DNA of 64,000 nt from Calcarisporiella thermophila CBS 279.70 (lineage: Eukaryota; Fungi; Calcarisporiellomycota): positions 1,459,125 to 1,523,124 of the forward strand of contig NW_027192192.1 of assembly GCF_041956535.1 (NCBI RefSeq), given 5' to 3'. A model generated the notes under the pieces. The model saw only the letters and a list, made by a program, of their open reading frames with translations, had not been told where the DNA came from and searched no databases. The stretch's first letter is position 1, and every line of letters starts with the position of its first letter. Shown here piece by piece: positions 1-12,818 of this stretch. The translations under genes were made by a program, and so were the position numbers.

Positions 1-3000
1 AATATTTCCGGTTTCAGACAGGCAATTACACAGATAGTGACCCATCACGACATGCTCAGGACACGCTTCACCAATCAAGGCATTAACTCGTGGAAACAGA
101 CTGTGATGGACGTGGGCGTGGGTGAAGTAAATGTCCATCATATTGAGTGCAAGGATAGGAAAGAGGTTCAGGAACATGTCAAGCACATGGCATCAACATT
201 GGATATTGCCAAGGGCCCTATGCACTGCGCTGCGCTCATCGAGGTATATAACCTTTTTATTTAGTATGAATACGAGGTAGAGTATTTGTACTTACATTGT
301 TTTTGATCCCGACGATTCGACAGCTCGGCACAGAACAGAGGGTTTACTTCACTATTCACCATCTTGTGGTGGACCTAGTCTCCTGGCGTATCATTCTAGA
401 AGATCTTGAAAGCTTGCTCCAAGGTTACCACCTTGGGGAAAAGACCACATCGTTCCAGGAGTGGGCGGTCGCACAAGTTCAGCAGGCCATACATTTCGAT
501 CCCATAAAATGGGCGCAAAATATTTCTCCATCTGACACGACGGAACTTTTCGAGAATGACTGCATAGAGTAATATCTCTCTCTCCTAGGTTATCGAAAAT
601 CTGCACTCCCATTCTAATCAAGCTGGTTCTATATTAGGGCCATCTGTAGCGGCAACCAGGTCCTCGTTAACAGACTCAGCTCCTCTGCTTCGATTTTGTT
701 TGACGCAGCAAATGAAGCCTACCGGACAAACAATCAGGACTTGGTTTTGGCTGCACTACTGTTAAGTTTTCATGCCATAACAGAGAAGACGACATTGTCG
801 CTCAATTTGGAAGGTCATGGTCGCGAGCCGTGGGATGATTGTTTGGACATCTCAAGGACAGTTGGCTGGTTCACCACAATATACCCCGTCAATCTCTCAA
901 TGACATCTTCGGATTCTATTGGAAGTGTCATTATGGGCGTTAAGAACAACCTTCGCACAGTTCCGAACAAAGGGCTGTCATATGGAGTAATCAAATACCT
1001 TGCGCCTACTACAGATACAACAGACAAGATCAAGAAACATAAGTTGGCTCCGATTAATTTCAACTACTTGGGGCGGTTCCATAACTTCGAGAAAGCCGAA
1101 GCATTCTTTGCTCCCGATGAGAGCATAAAAGCCTGCTATCATGACGAGAATGAAGCATTCCGTGAAATTAATATCAGCTGTTCATTCGGTGCTGATAGGT
1201 GTCTGGAACTGACCATATACTTCAACTCTTCTCTCTTCAAAGCCAGCACTTTAGAGGCATGGGGTAAGAGGTGGACTGAGACAATGGAAGCTCTCATCAA
1301 GCATTGCTGCAACCCCGCCACCCCTGGTGGTATCTCGTCTTTTGATTTCACATTGCTGGAAGATCCCACTTTGATATCCGAGATCGAAGAAGAGCATTTA
1401 CCGGTAATGGGTGTAAAGCCTCGCGATGTGGAAGATATTTATCCTGCTACTCCACTGCAAGCAAGCTTCATTTCTGCTCTTGCGCAAAATCCTCAAGCAT
1501 ATGTAGTGCAATCAGTATACGAGATCAATGGACCACTCGATGCGAATAGGCTTGAGTTGGCATGGTATAAAGTCGCAGTTGCCAATCCAATTCTTCGTAC
1601 GGCATTTGTCTCCACACAACGAGGCGTGTACCAAGTCGTGCTTAGGCTTCCCCCTAATGTATTTGAAGAAACGCTTGAGTGGTCTGAAGATTTGGTTAGC
1701 CAATTCCAAGGACATCTACTGGTTGTTGATCGCTGTCGAGGTTTCCGCCTAGATTGTGTCGCATTTGCTAGATTCACACTTATTCATATCAAAAATACTA
1801 CTCGATACCGGCTGTTCTGGACCATGCATCATTCAATCATCGACGGATGGTGTATATCTCTCATATTCAGCGATATAATGGAAGCATACGCTGGTATCAA
1901 ACTGAAAATCCGACCTCCTTTCAAAACTCATGTTGAATCGATCCTTTCAACTAATATCAATGAAGCAATGATGTTTTGGAAGTCGGTATTTGAAGGAGCA
2001 ATCGTTCCCGATAAGTTAGATATATCAAAAGGAGGCTCTAAACATAAATTTGAGCGTCCGATCTTACAAACTTACAAATTTGATATAACAATGGATTGCC
2101 TTCATCGCTACTGTAACGGGCTCGGCATAACCATTTCGAACTTCCTCCGAGCAATATGGGCCATTGTATTGCGGCATTATACTCGATGTGATGATGTCAT
2201 TTTTGGGTGCGTGATCTTGGGTCGTGACGAAGGAGTTGATAACGTCACAAGGTATGGACTACTCTCCACTTCATTCCACTTGATATCCAATGCTCCATTA
2301 TTAGATTCCATTAATAACTTGTTAATACATAAAGCATGATCGGTGCGCTCATCAATACAATACCGATTCGGGCTATACTGAAGGATTCAATGACGATCCA
2401 CGATCTACTGCAAGCCATGCAAGAGTACCATATTGCCTCTCTCCCGTACAGCCACGTTTCACTAAGCAACATAAAGCGCTGGACAGGGCTGCCATGGATG
2501 CAAGAGATGTTTCCCACCATTTTATCCTATCAGAATACTTACTCGCAACAGAATGCCATAGGAAATGAGTTGAATGGCTTTCAGACAACTGAGGTTGAAC
2601 ACTATGAGGGTACTGAATACCCGCTTACCATTACGATACAAGCATTCAACTCCACTCTCGCTTTGGACGCTCTAGTCAATATGTCAATGATTGATACCAG
2701 AGATGTTGATAGAATAATTTCTAAACTAGAGGATGTGCTGCTAACTGTTTTGAACAGCACCTCCAAATATCCTCCAACGTTGCTTGAACTGGATGTTCTA
2801 TCACCTACTGATATAACAGACTTGGCCTGTATTAGCCAAGGAAAAAAGGCTCAGCTTTCTTATCAATGTCTCCACCATGGGTTTGAATTCAACGCCACGA
2901 AACAACCAGATGCGGTTGCGGTCGAAGGTTATTTCGGAAAAACAATTACATATTACGAGCTGGATTTGCGAGCCAATGCTATTGCCCACTCGCTGCGCAT

Positions 3001-5304
3001 ACAAGGTGTGGCTCAAGGTTGTAAAGTAGGACTCATAATCAAACGGTCGATTGAGATGGTTGTGGGAATTCTTGCGATCCTCAAAGCTGGAGGTGCGTAT
3101 GTGCCAATCGATGCAACATTACCAAGAGATCGAATGGAATATATGCTGAAGGATGCTGCCTGCTCGGTTGTACTGGCTATGCAGGCTACTATCTGCATCC
3201 TTCCCCAGCCAGTGAGCCAAAGAGTTATCCTGATTGATGACTTCATGCATATGGTTCCTGAACATATCACAAAGCCTCTCGATTTATCATCCAGTGACGA
3301 TACTGCTTATATCGTGTATACTTCTGGCACCACGGGCCAACCAAAGGGGGTACCAATTCACCATGGAGGGGCCATGAATTGCATACAAGATCTTCTAACT
3401 ATAAACGGTTCAGGTCCTGGAATACTGCAGTCGCAATTCATGTCGGTAGGATTCGATGGTGCGGTTGCTGATATATTTACTTGCTTAACTCATGGGGGAA
3501 CGCTGGTACTTCGCTCTGAGGATGATGTGGTTGAGTCTTTGAAAAGAGTGGAAGCATTAACTATCACGCCTACTGGGTTACAACACATCCAGCCAGAAGA
3601 TGTCCCCAATCTTCATGTAATTACCGTGTGCGGTGAACCGGTGCCGCAATCATTAGTCGATAAGTGGTCACAACACGTCAAGCTCCTCAATGCATATGGC
3701 CCAACTGAAACTAGCATAATATCAAGCGTCCAGGAGCTTAGAAGAGGGAAAAGAATAGGCATCGGTCGGCCCATCAATAACATGTCATATTATGTTCTAG
3801 ATCAAAAGCTAAGAATGGCTCCTTTGGGAGTTACAGGAGAGCTCTACATTGCAGGTCCCGGCATCGCTAAAGAATATCTCAATCGGCCCGAACTCACCAC
3901 AGAGCGCTTCATTGAGAACCCTTTCATTCCCGGAACCACAATGTACAAGACTGGCGATATAGTCCGCTGGAACCTAGATGGCAACCTAGAGATCCTTGTA
4001 CGTTCCGATGACCAGGTGAAGCTAAAGGGATACCGAGTGGAACTAGGCGAAGTAGCTGCAGCCATGAATACATATCCAGGAGTAGAGGTAGCCGTGGCAC
4101 TTGTGAACGAGAGTATGCTGATCGGCTTTGTCACACCCGTGGGTGTAGACGTTGACAGGCTGCGAGATTCGCTCTTTGATACTCTTCCAGATTACATGGT
4201 CCCGGCAACCATTGTTGCACTTGAAGCATTCCCCATGACAACTAATGGAAAGGTAGACAAGGACAAGCTGAGAGAGATTCCGGCGCAATCAGCCGTGGAC
4301 CGTCAGCTTCCGGCAACAGATAAGCAGCAGCTCGTTGTCGATCTGATGGCGACAGTGCTCAATGTCGATAGAAACATGATTGACCTTCAAACATCCTTCT
4401 TTGCACTTGGTGGTGACTCAATCTCGGCTACTGCTCTGATATCCGCTTTCCACAAGCACGGGCTAGATATTTCCCTTAAACAATTATACAAATCTCCCAC
4501 ACCCGCAACTTTACTATTGGACTCCAATATCACAAAGCCGCCTAACGATACCAAATTTTTCAACGAGCATGGTCCCCACATTTCAAGACGTATTCGCATA
4601 CTTTGCCTTCATGGCTCTGATATGAGTGGCAAAATTATGAAGTTCAAAATGGCGCTTCTCGAAAAAGAGCTATATTCGCTAGTTGATTTCATCTACCTCG
4701 ATGCATGCTTTGACTCAGACATGGCCTGTAATATTTGTGACCTTTCCTGTCCATTTATTCCACCTCTGACCAATTTTTACAATTAGATGTTCAAGAACTG
4801 GAAAAGTATTATGACAGTTCGTTTTTCACCTGGTTTCCTCCTTACCAGTCCAACAGAGAACATGTGGAGCAATCCATTTACCACGTGCTTACTTTCCTTT
4901 CAAGTCTAGGCAAGAAGGTAGATGGTCTTCTTGGATATTGCCAAGGGTCGTGCATAATTGAATTACTTGACCGAATGGCTGAGAGTGGTGAGATTGAGCG
5001 GCAATGGGGATTCAGTGTTCACATATCTGGGGTACTTCTGGACCAAATTCTAGATGATAATATCCTGCCTGCCGGATTATCGCCTGCGAATCTCTGTGCG
5101 CCTATTTCAACTCCCTCAGTTCACTGCATGAGCCCGATTGACGGTCTATATGAAGATAATCTAAAGGTTCAGGGGAGATACAATCCCGAGCTGAGACTTA
5201 CTCTGGAGCACAACTTTGGCCACAATATACCCCAAGCTGCTGAAGCAGTGAGTACATTAGGACGCTTTATTTTAGACACTGCAGAAATATGTCAAAAATC
5301 CTAA
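1..5304 (+). CDS. Non-ribosomal peptide synthetase, 3' part (5'-truncated): epimerization - condensation (DCL-like) - adenylation - PCP - FSH1/LovG-type hydrolase
   Basis: E motifs HHLVVDLVSW, EGHGRE, SRTVGWFTT, FNYLGRF; C motifs DIYPATPLQ, HHSIIDGW; A motifs YTSGTTGQPKGV, NAYGPTE, GELYIAGPG, YKTGD, NGKVDK; PCP LGGDSI; terminal RILCLHG...GYCQG...GHNIP. GT-AG introns (~244-321, 569-637, ~2252-2334, ~4728-4786) join the ORF-track pieces. Confidence 0.95.
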
Positions 5305-6156
5305 TTATCGGTTGCTAGATTTGCTTTATTGAATTGTTTTTTTCCATACTCAAAATCTTACCTACTGTATATCCTGTAATCTTGTTCAAAGTCTGGAGCT
5401 AAATACATTTAATATAATGATTTATTTGTCAAATGATATATTTTGAACTGTCTTTTGACCTGATTTATTATCAGCAATCTGTGGACTTCAAAGCTTGACA
5501 GTAGCCAATTCTATATGCTTCATGGTTAAAGAGTTAATAAAGATGAAAAAGCAGAAAAATATCACTATAAAATATAAAGCAATAGTGTGGTTCTTATAAG
5601 AAACCTTTCCTAAAACTTGAGTCAGATGATATAGAGAACTATACTAGTGCAATTATCTGCTCTCCAGAGGGTATTTTGTTACCATTTAGACATCATTAAT
5701 TACAACAACTTTCCGTCAACACTAACAAGTTCCTACCTCCACTCGTCTCCCAACTGTCCGTCCTCGTTACGCTACGGATGGGTGACGTAGAAGGACGCGG
5801 CATGCGCCGTCAAATACATAGCTAATATATCTTTTTTTTATTTTTCACGCCGCTGACATTTGACCTTGAAGAGGGCCGCAATGATTCCTTTTTTGAAACT
5901 CCCCTGCCAATGATGTTCATTTACCCGAGAATTAGTAATGGCTGGCGCCAATCTGTTTCTCTGCTTTACTCTGTGGAACGGAAATATACATTTCGCGTAA
6001 TAGTAAGGTCATTGCTTGCTATTATCAGGTATGCCAAAACGCAAGCATCGCTGGCCAAGAAATATATCTGCGAAAAGATATATTCAGCGACACTTTTGGC
6101 ACCTCGACCTAATTAATTCTCTTCATTCTAATCTCTCTTTCTTCTCGCGTGTTTGA

Positions 6157-7980
6157 ATGGCATCGAAAACATTCTTCCCCAAATGGGGTGCCCCCTCGCT
6201 CCTCTACCTCTACCCTCCCGTCTTCATTAGCATGCTCATGCTAGGGGCTATAGAAGGCCCCCTCCCGCTTCTCGTCCGAAATCTTGTGTGCCAGGAATAT
6301 TATACCTCGACCCAGCCCAATGCCTTGGCGAATATAAGCCTATTTAATGAGGACTCTGAGTTGTGCTCTGCGCCGATAGTGCAGCAGAGGACATCAAGAC
6401 TAATGATGATAAACGCATTAACCATTAGCATTTCGAGTAAGTATAGCCCTCACCACGGAGTCTTCCAGTCGCCACTGATATAATTCTCTCTTCTTTATCA
6501 GCCATACTTGTGCTGACCTATCTTGGATCTCTCTCCGACCGCAAAGGTCGCCGACTTTTCATGGCCATATCCAACTTTGGTGTACTCTTGTTCAATACCG
6601 TGATTCTGCTTGTTTATCTGTGGTGGAATGTTCTGGGCTCAGGTTTTTTAACCGTCGGCTTTCTCCTTGTGGGCCTCTCGGGAGGTGCGTCCGGCTTCCT
6701 TGTAAGCATGCAGGCTTATATTGTTGACATCACCGCGCCGAAACACAGGTAATGTCGAAGGGTGAAGCTATCAGGCGACATGGTTTCACGAGTAACGATT
6801 TTGTACCGTACCTTTATTAGAGGCGTGACCTTTGGATACCTCTTTGCACTCATTTACACCGGGCTCGGCTTAGGCCCTATGCTTGGAAACCTCACCGTCA
6901 AACTTACGAATTCATTCGGCACCATCCTATACACAAGCGTTGTTTTTCGCATTTTGTTTCTCGTTTATATCGTGTTTGTGCTCCCGGAATCCAACCCAGG
7001 GGGAGAGTATGCTCCACTCACACGGTCCGCAGGAGCCGAGTTCACTGCTTTAAATGACACCCCCAGCTCTCCAGTTACCCAAACACATTCAACTGAAGCT
7101 TCCAATACTAGTATGCGTGACCGATTGGTCCTCACCGCCAAAAAACTGCACCGTGTAATCATACCCCCTCTTTTTGCTCAAGAGAACAGCCGCCGTAAAT
7201 GGGCCCTTATACTACTCGTGGCAGTCAATTTCTTCAATAACACGGCCGTCGTGTCAATGGTTGGGGTTCAGAATCTCTACTATGCTTCCCAGTTCCATTG
7301 GGGACCGGCTGAGAGCGGAGAATTTTTCTCTCTTCAGTGTTTCTCGCGACTGCTAGTATCCTCCGCCCTCTTTCCGCTGCTGACCTATGTGTTCAAGGGG
7401 AACCGAGCGAAGTCTCCGTTTTCTTTACCCGAGGGAACCGAAGCCGATCCGCTTCTATCTCGAGACGCGGCAGAGGCCGAGATTGACTTGAGCCACGAGG
7501 TGAATGATTCAAAAATCGCTTATACTCTGAAAGACGCGCGATTTGACACGTGGATCATTCGTATCACCCTTGTTGGGTTGGTGTTTGTGTGGGCATCCTA
7601 TGGAGTTGCCACAAAGAGCTGGATGATATATTGTCGTAAGTTGAATGATGCTGTATAAACGGAGTTGGATAGCTCCATAACTGACCGCTATCTCCATTGT
7701 AGTGGCCATCATTACAGCAACCGATGCCCTAATCGAGCCCGCCCTTCGCTCGCTTTTCGCCAATCTTCAATCAGGGCACACCGGAGAAAACCTCTCTGCC
7801 CTCGGTCTCTCAGAAGCCCTCGCCACCACCATCTCCCCCCTTGTCCTCTACAACTCGTACTCCAAATTGGTAGAAGTAGGGCAGCCGCACCTTATCTTCT
7901 TCATGGCATCGGGGATCATGTTTGTCGCCTGTGTTTTGGCGTTTTTGTTTCCAGCTCGAGTAGCAAAAGAAGAAATCTGA
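6157..7980 (+). CDS. MFS transporter (SLC46/TetA-like), 4 exons
   Basis: MFS motif A GSLSDRKGRR, QAYIVD, GLGLGPMLG, many hydrophobic helices across spliced ORFs. Confidence 0.9.
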
Positions 7981-8705
7981 AGAACTAGAGGCGGCGGCGC
8001 TGTATTATTATGCAATTTGTGTGTATTAGTATATCAATGGCCCATAATTTATATATGCTTAATTGTTAGAAACCCCCTTGCATTTGAGCAATTTAACTTT
8101 CGATTCTACCCATAATAAAATGACGAAGAGCAATTCCATCCACGCCACCTACGCGGATGGCCGCTCCTAGTTTGACTCCATATCAATGAAGATAATACTT
8201 GCAAAATCCTTTCTCTCCCAGAGGACAAGCTCAGTTCACATGGTCAAGGGTGGGCTTTAGTTTAATTTTTTGTATTATTGAGTGTGTATCCTTCTCTTGA
8301 TCCCCCGTAATCGTGTTGGAAACCGACTTCACTCCATTAACTAAAATATTAGCTACTCATCTCGGTGGAGTTATACCTCTCTACTACCGCCGGATTCATG
8401 CACGTTTTTACAACCCCATGGTGCCTGCTGTCTTATTCATGAGACAGGGTTCAATGGATAAAAAACATTCTCCAAAATTCTCTGAAATCATTTCATTGTC
8501 CATACCACGTTTACAAATATTGGGGGGAAGTAAAGAGTGGACAAGTACGAACTGGGAGATAACTTGTTAAACGAACTCTCAATCATAGACATAAAAAGCG
8601 GGAGTTATCACGATAGACATAAATTGTAGTACTTTCATAGGGATCTAAACAACACGACGTTGTGGAATTGAACATACTACTTGCCATCCTCGGGCCGCTA
8701 GGATA

Positions 8706-9196
8706 CTAAATGTCCAGCTCAAACACATCCTCGCCTCGTATCGTATCATCTATATCAATCCAACTTCAGCATCCAGCCTAAACAAGTGCGTCAACGGATG
8801 AAGACCTACCTCTCCCTGCCTCTCTCCTTTTAACTCCTGCGTTCATCTCCTTATTTCCTCTGTCCCCCACCCCTTCCTCGCTCTCCTTGCCCTCCTCGTC
8901 TACAAATTCAGCATCCCTAATGTTGCGTGGACACGTAACCCCAGGCACAACTGGCAACTTGGGTGCCATTGCCGCAAGTGGAGAAGTGCTCAACATAAGA
9001 AGCGTGTTTCTATCATAGACAATCCTCGTTCCTATCATGCGGCAGATGGGCCATTCATGAACAAGAATTAAAATTGGAAAATGGAAGAGGAAGCGAGAAG
9101 CAAGAGAGATGTACCTCCAGGCGTGGTGCCATAAACGCCCGATGTCGCGGAAGAGGAGGCAGAGCCTGCTTGGATCTGGCATTGAGAGGACATCAT
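8706..9196 (-). CDS. eIF4E-binding protein (4E-BP), 3 exons
   Basis: Spliced product MSSQ...YGTTPGG/TRIVYDRNTLLMLSTSPLA...EDVFELDI*: TTPGGT phospho-motif, YxxxxL-phi eIF4E-binding motif, C-terminal TOS motif; introns ~9114-9032 and 8809-8750. Confidence 0.9.
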
Positions 9197-9758
9197 CGAT
9201 GCTCAGGGGAAAGAAGAAACGGAGTTTAGAAAATCCCTTGGCCCTAAGCAATTTAAATGAAGGGTGGAACCTGCATTTGGAATGGAAAGAGGGGTGACAG
9301 ATATGAAAGGCAATAAGCCACACGCCATGTTGAATCCTCGTTTCGTTTCGTTCAGGAATATTAATACTTAATACGCGGAAAAGGGGTTTCTATTTTAGCA
9401 AAGTAAGGTATCTTTCTTTACTAAGAGCACTAGTGCTAAATCCAGGCGCCGCGCACGTTGGCGGCCCTATTCTTTCCAGTAGATACGTTGGCTAGCAAGA
9501 ATAATAGTGGGTTTCGGAAGCACTGAAGTCAAGCTATGTTTGGTCGCGTCGCATACGTAGATTCTTTATTTGGGCAATTTATGAAATAAGATAGTGGTTT
9601 GAAAGGGCAGGTCGTAGAGAAAAAGCTATATATAAATGGCTGAGGAAGATGAAAGCAAAAGAATGTATTAGAAGAGGAGAGAAAAAAATTATATAGCAGA
9701 GAATATAAGAGTAGAAATAAAGCTTGCAATAGGTATCTCTTTTAAATAGAACATTCTA

Positions 9759-12129
9759 TCATTTACATTGACCAGACCGTAACTGCCGATCTGCCAATTG
9801 GGCCAGATACAGACTCCAAGGAGCAACGTGGGTTCCACGCAGCTCAACCACACTCACTTCTGTGTGGACCTTGCTCCTTATTTTTCCATTGCCTGACTTA
9901 GCAAAAGAGCCGATTTCGAAGTTTGCAGAGGTCGGTGGGGATTGGACGAGGATGCGGCCAGCTTCAGCGTTCCAGACGACACTGTTACCAGCTTGCCATC
10001 CGTGGCCAGAGCCAAAGGCGTCAGCATCCATCATCTCGATATCTCCATCGGTCTTGATCACTATAGGTCGAGAAAACATAAGTATCAAAGGCAAGAAATC
10101 GGTAGCGACAGTTCATACCATCGTAGAGCATGCCAGTGGAAAAATGGGAGTGGGGTCCCATGTTGCTTCCTCGGGTTTTGGGTGGGGTGTTGTACACAGA
10201 GCAATTGGTGAATACATTAGGTCCCATAACAAGGGAAGAGACCAAATAGTTGTGGAAATTCGCCTCGCTCGCGCAATTCTTCATTAAAATCAGCTGCCCG
10301 CCTACTTTGAAAGAGTTCTGTCCGTTCAAAAAGTCACTCTTATAGTGGTGCTCGCAGCGGTCGATGGTGATCGCGCGGCAAGCCTGCTGGCCAGATTTTT
10401 GTTGCTCGAGAATTTGGATAAAGTTGTGGAAATACTCGCCAATCACGTTTCGAACCCAAGACTGTTCAACTCCCTTCATGGTGATAACGAAATTGATGAA
10501 CATTTCATCTGCAAAATGGATATCACCGTTATGCTTATTGGGATCCCGAATCTGGTCGCCAGTACGACCGCGATTAAACGGGCACTCAACCACCAAATTC
10601 TGGATACCAACGTGTTTAATGCGTGTGCTAGTGTATTTGGCAACCCAGCCGCCGCCCTATATTTTATACATTAAAAATAGGCAAACATAGTCATTAGACG
10701 ACAAATCCATAGGATAAATCTAATCTAAACTTCCTACCCAAGCTTGGTCAATCGAAATAGTCATAGGGCTATTGTGATAGAATAGTTGTGAGGGGAAAAA
10801 AAAGATACATGAAATCAGCATATTGCTCGCATCACTGAAATAGACTGTAATCAATAGCCCAACAACTTACTTGTCTAGCAATATAGTTTTCTTAACAGGA
10901 TCAATCGATTGGACAACCCGAAGTGACCTTGCCACCTCTCCCGGTCTCCAAACCGATGGAAATTTGTCCATTCCCAACGTTTTTATCCATTCTTGATTAG
11001 CGATGCGCCCAACTACAATGGTATCGCCATTCTTTAGATCAGCCACATTCTCAAGCGTCAGGATATTTGCCCCAACAGGAACATATTGGTCGACAATTTT
11101 GCGCTGCGCTGTCTCTTTATTGCCCGAGGCTGGGCCTTCGATAAGGAAAAGCTCCTGACTTTTGAGCGGATTGACTTCAGCAATGATGCGAGTGCCTCCG
11201 CCCGGCACGCCTTGCAACACCACCCCACTGTTGGCAATACGCACTGAGCGCTTCATTCTGAAAGTGCCGGCTTCGAGCTGGATTGCGCCACGGAACCCAT
11301 TCTGCACAGGCGCGTAGGATACGTTCAAAATCGCCTGCTGAATCATATCGGTGTCATCTCCGCCCGTTGGCTTCAATCGTACGAGAACAGGTACTTCAGG
11401 AGGGTCAGCTCCGCCATAGAAGCCCACTCCGCTAAAATCGGCGATCCTATCACCTGCAGGGTTGTATGCAGCATACTGCAACAATCCCTGCGCATCCCTC
11501 GCAACAAACTGGCTTTTAGCATTGGCATTGTTGGGCGCATCCATTCCTGGGACTTGCTTCACTACACAAGGGGGTTGAAGCGGCTGCCCATTGACTAATG
11601 GAGGCGGAATCTCCGCAGGGTTTTCTGGAGCTGGGGGCGGGAAGTTCCCAGTCGAGTCGGTGTCATCCGAGTACAGGGGAGCAGCGTCCGGTGGCGGAGG
11701 CCAGTCCAAAGGCGCTTCTTCATAAATAGTGTCGGCGTCTTCATCTTCTAGAGCCAGGGCTTCGAACTGCCCTCTGGTGGCCTTAGGAACCCACGGGTAG
11801 AAGGACCACCGTTCGAGTTTGGTCGAATTCTTTGGCTGAACTAGTGCAGCGTCCCGTTTGGCGGCACGGGACATGCGGATAGGCTGCCTTGTATTAATTT
11901 CGCCTAACAGATCATCGGATAAATGTCTAGCATTATTGTTCAGGATATGATGCTCTCCTGAATTGTCACGATATTTCAGATGAGAGCGAGGATGTAATGC
12001 TAGCGTGTTCATTTTTGGTTTAGAGCAAAGCCTCCTTCATCCGAGTAAATACGGAGATCACTTACATTGGGTAGCGTGAATGGTATGAAAGAACAGGGAA
12101 GCTATGGGTAGAACACGAATTAGTTTCAT
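9759..12129 (-). CDS. Secreted right-handed beta-helix (pectate-lyase-fold) protein, bacterial-like
   Basis: Signal-peptide exon MKLIRVLPIASLFFHTIHATQ at 12129; Pro-rich linker; ADFSGVGFYGG...GDDT...GAIQLEAGTF...VVLQG; WGGGWVAKY...VGIQNL; C-terminal GSGHGWQAGNSVVWN...SLYLAQL; 4 GT-AG introns. Confidence 0.75.
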
Positions 12130-12818
12130 CGCGATCGGATGGTAGAGTCGTCTGTGAGGGGGAGAGCAAGGAAGCGGCTATGACATTTAAAGGGGAGGAA
12201 GCGGCAAGAGAAAATGAAGCATCAATAATGGTTTCTAGTTAAGCAGCAAAAGAGAGGGAAGGGAGCGGGAGTACAAAGAGTACAAATAGATTAGAATTAT
12301 TCGAATCGCAGAAATGATTGTTAAACAGATAAAAAAAGCATCCCCTAAAAACAGCCGTCAAATCACCGGCAGAAATGATGCTGATGTCTTGGCAAGATAA
12401 ATGCCAATCAGTCCTTTGTCTGCAGATAGGCTCTTTATATGCCCTTTTGCATCGTTTCCCAGTGACCGAAACGCCGCCGGCCATGCACCCTCTCCCAGCA
12501 CAGAGTGGGCGCATGCTCCTTGGGGGCTGTACGGTCACCGTATTGCGTCGGCTTAACATCAGGGGAGAAATTGCCCAATTTGGATTCTACTTGAGATTAG
12601 CAAAACACGATGATTATCAAACCAATGTACAGATCACCCCAAGATCTCTCCCTCCTCCTCTCTCCCTCTTCAACCTAGCCCTTTCTTAAGTCTGATCCTA
12701 TTTTAATTTTCCAAGCTGAATCATCAAGCTAGAGTTCCTCACGTTTATTACATAAAACAAAAAAAACGAAAAAGGCTATTTATTTACAAGTCTATTTTAT
12801 GCTTCTGTGGGTGGTTTT

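Noticed and set aside
569-588. Possible 20-nt micro-intron in the NRPS
   Set aside because: Intron 569-637 with a CTAAT branch point restores the frame
5759-5797. Short hairpin between NRPS and MFS
   Set aside because: Too short and imperfect to separate from chance
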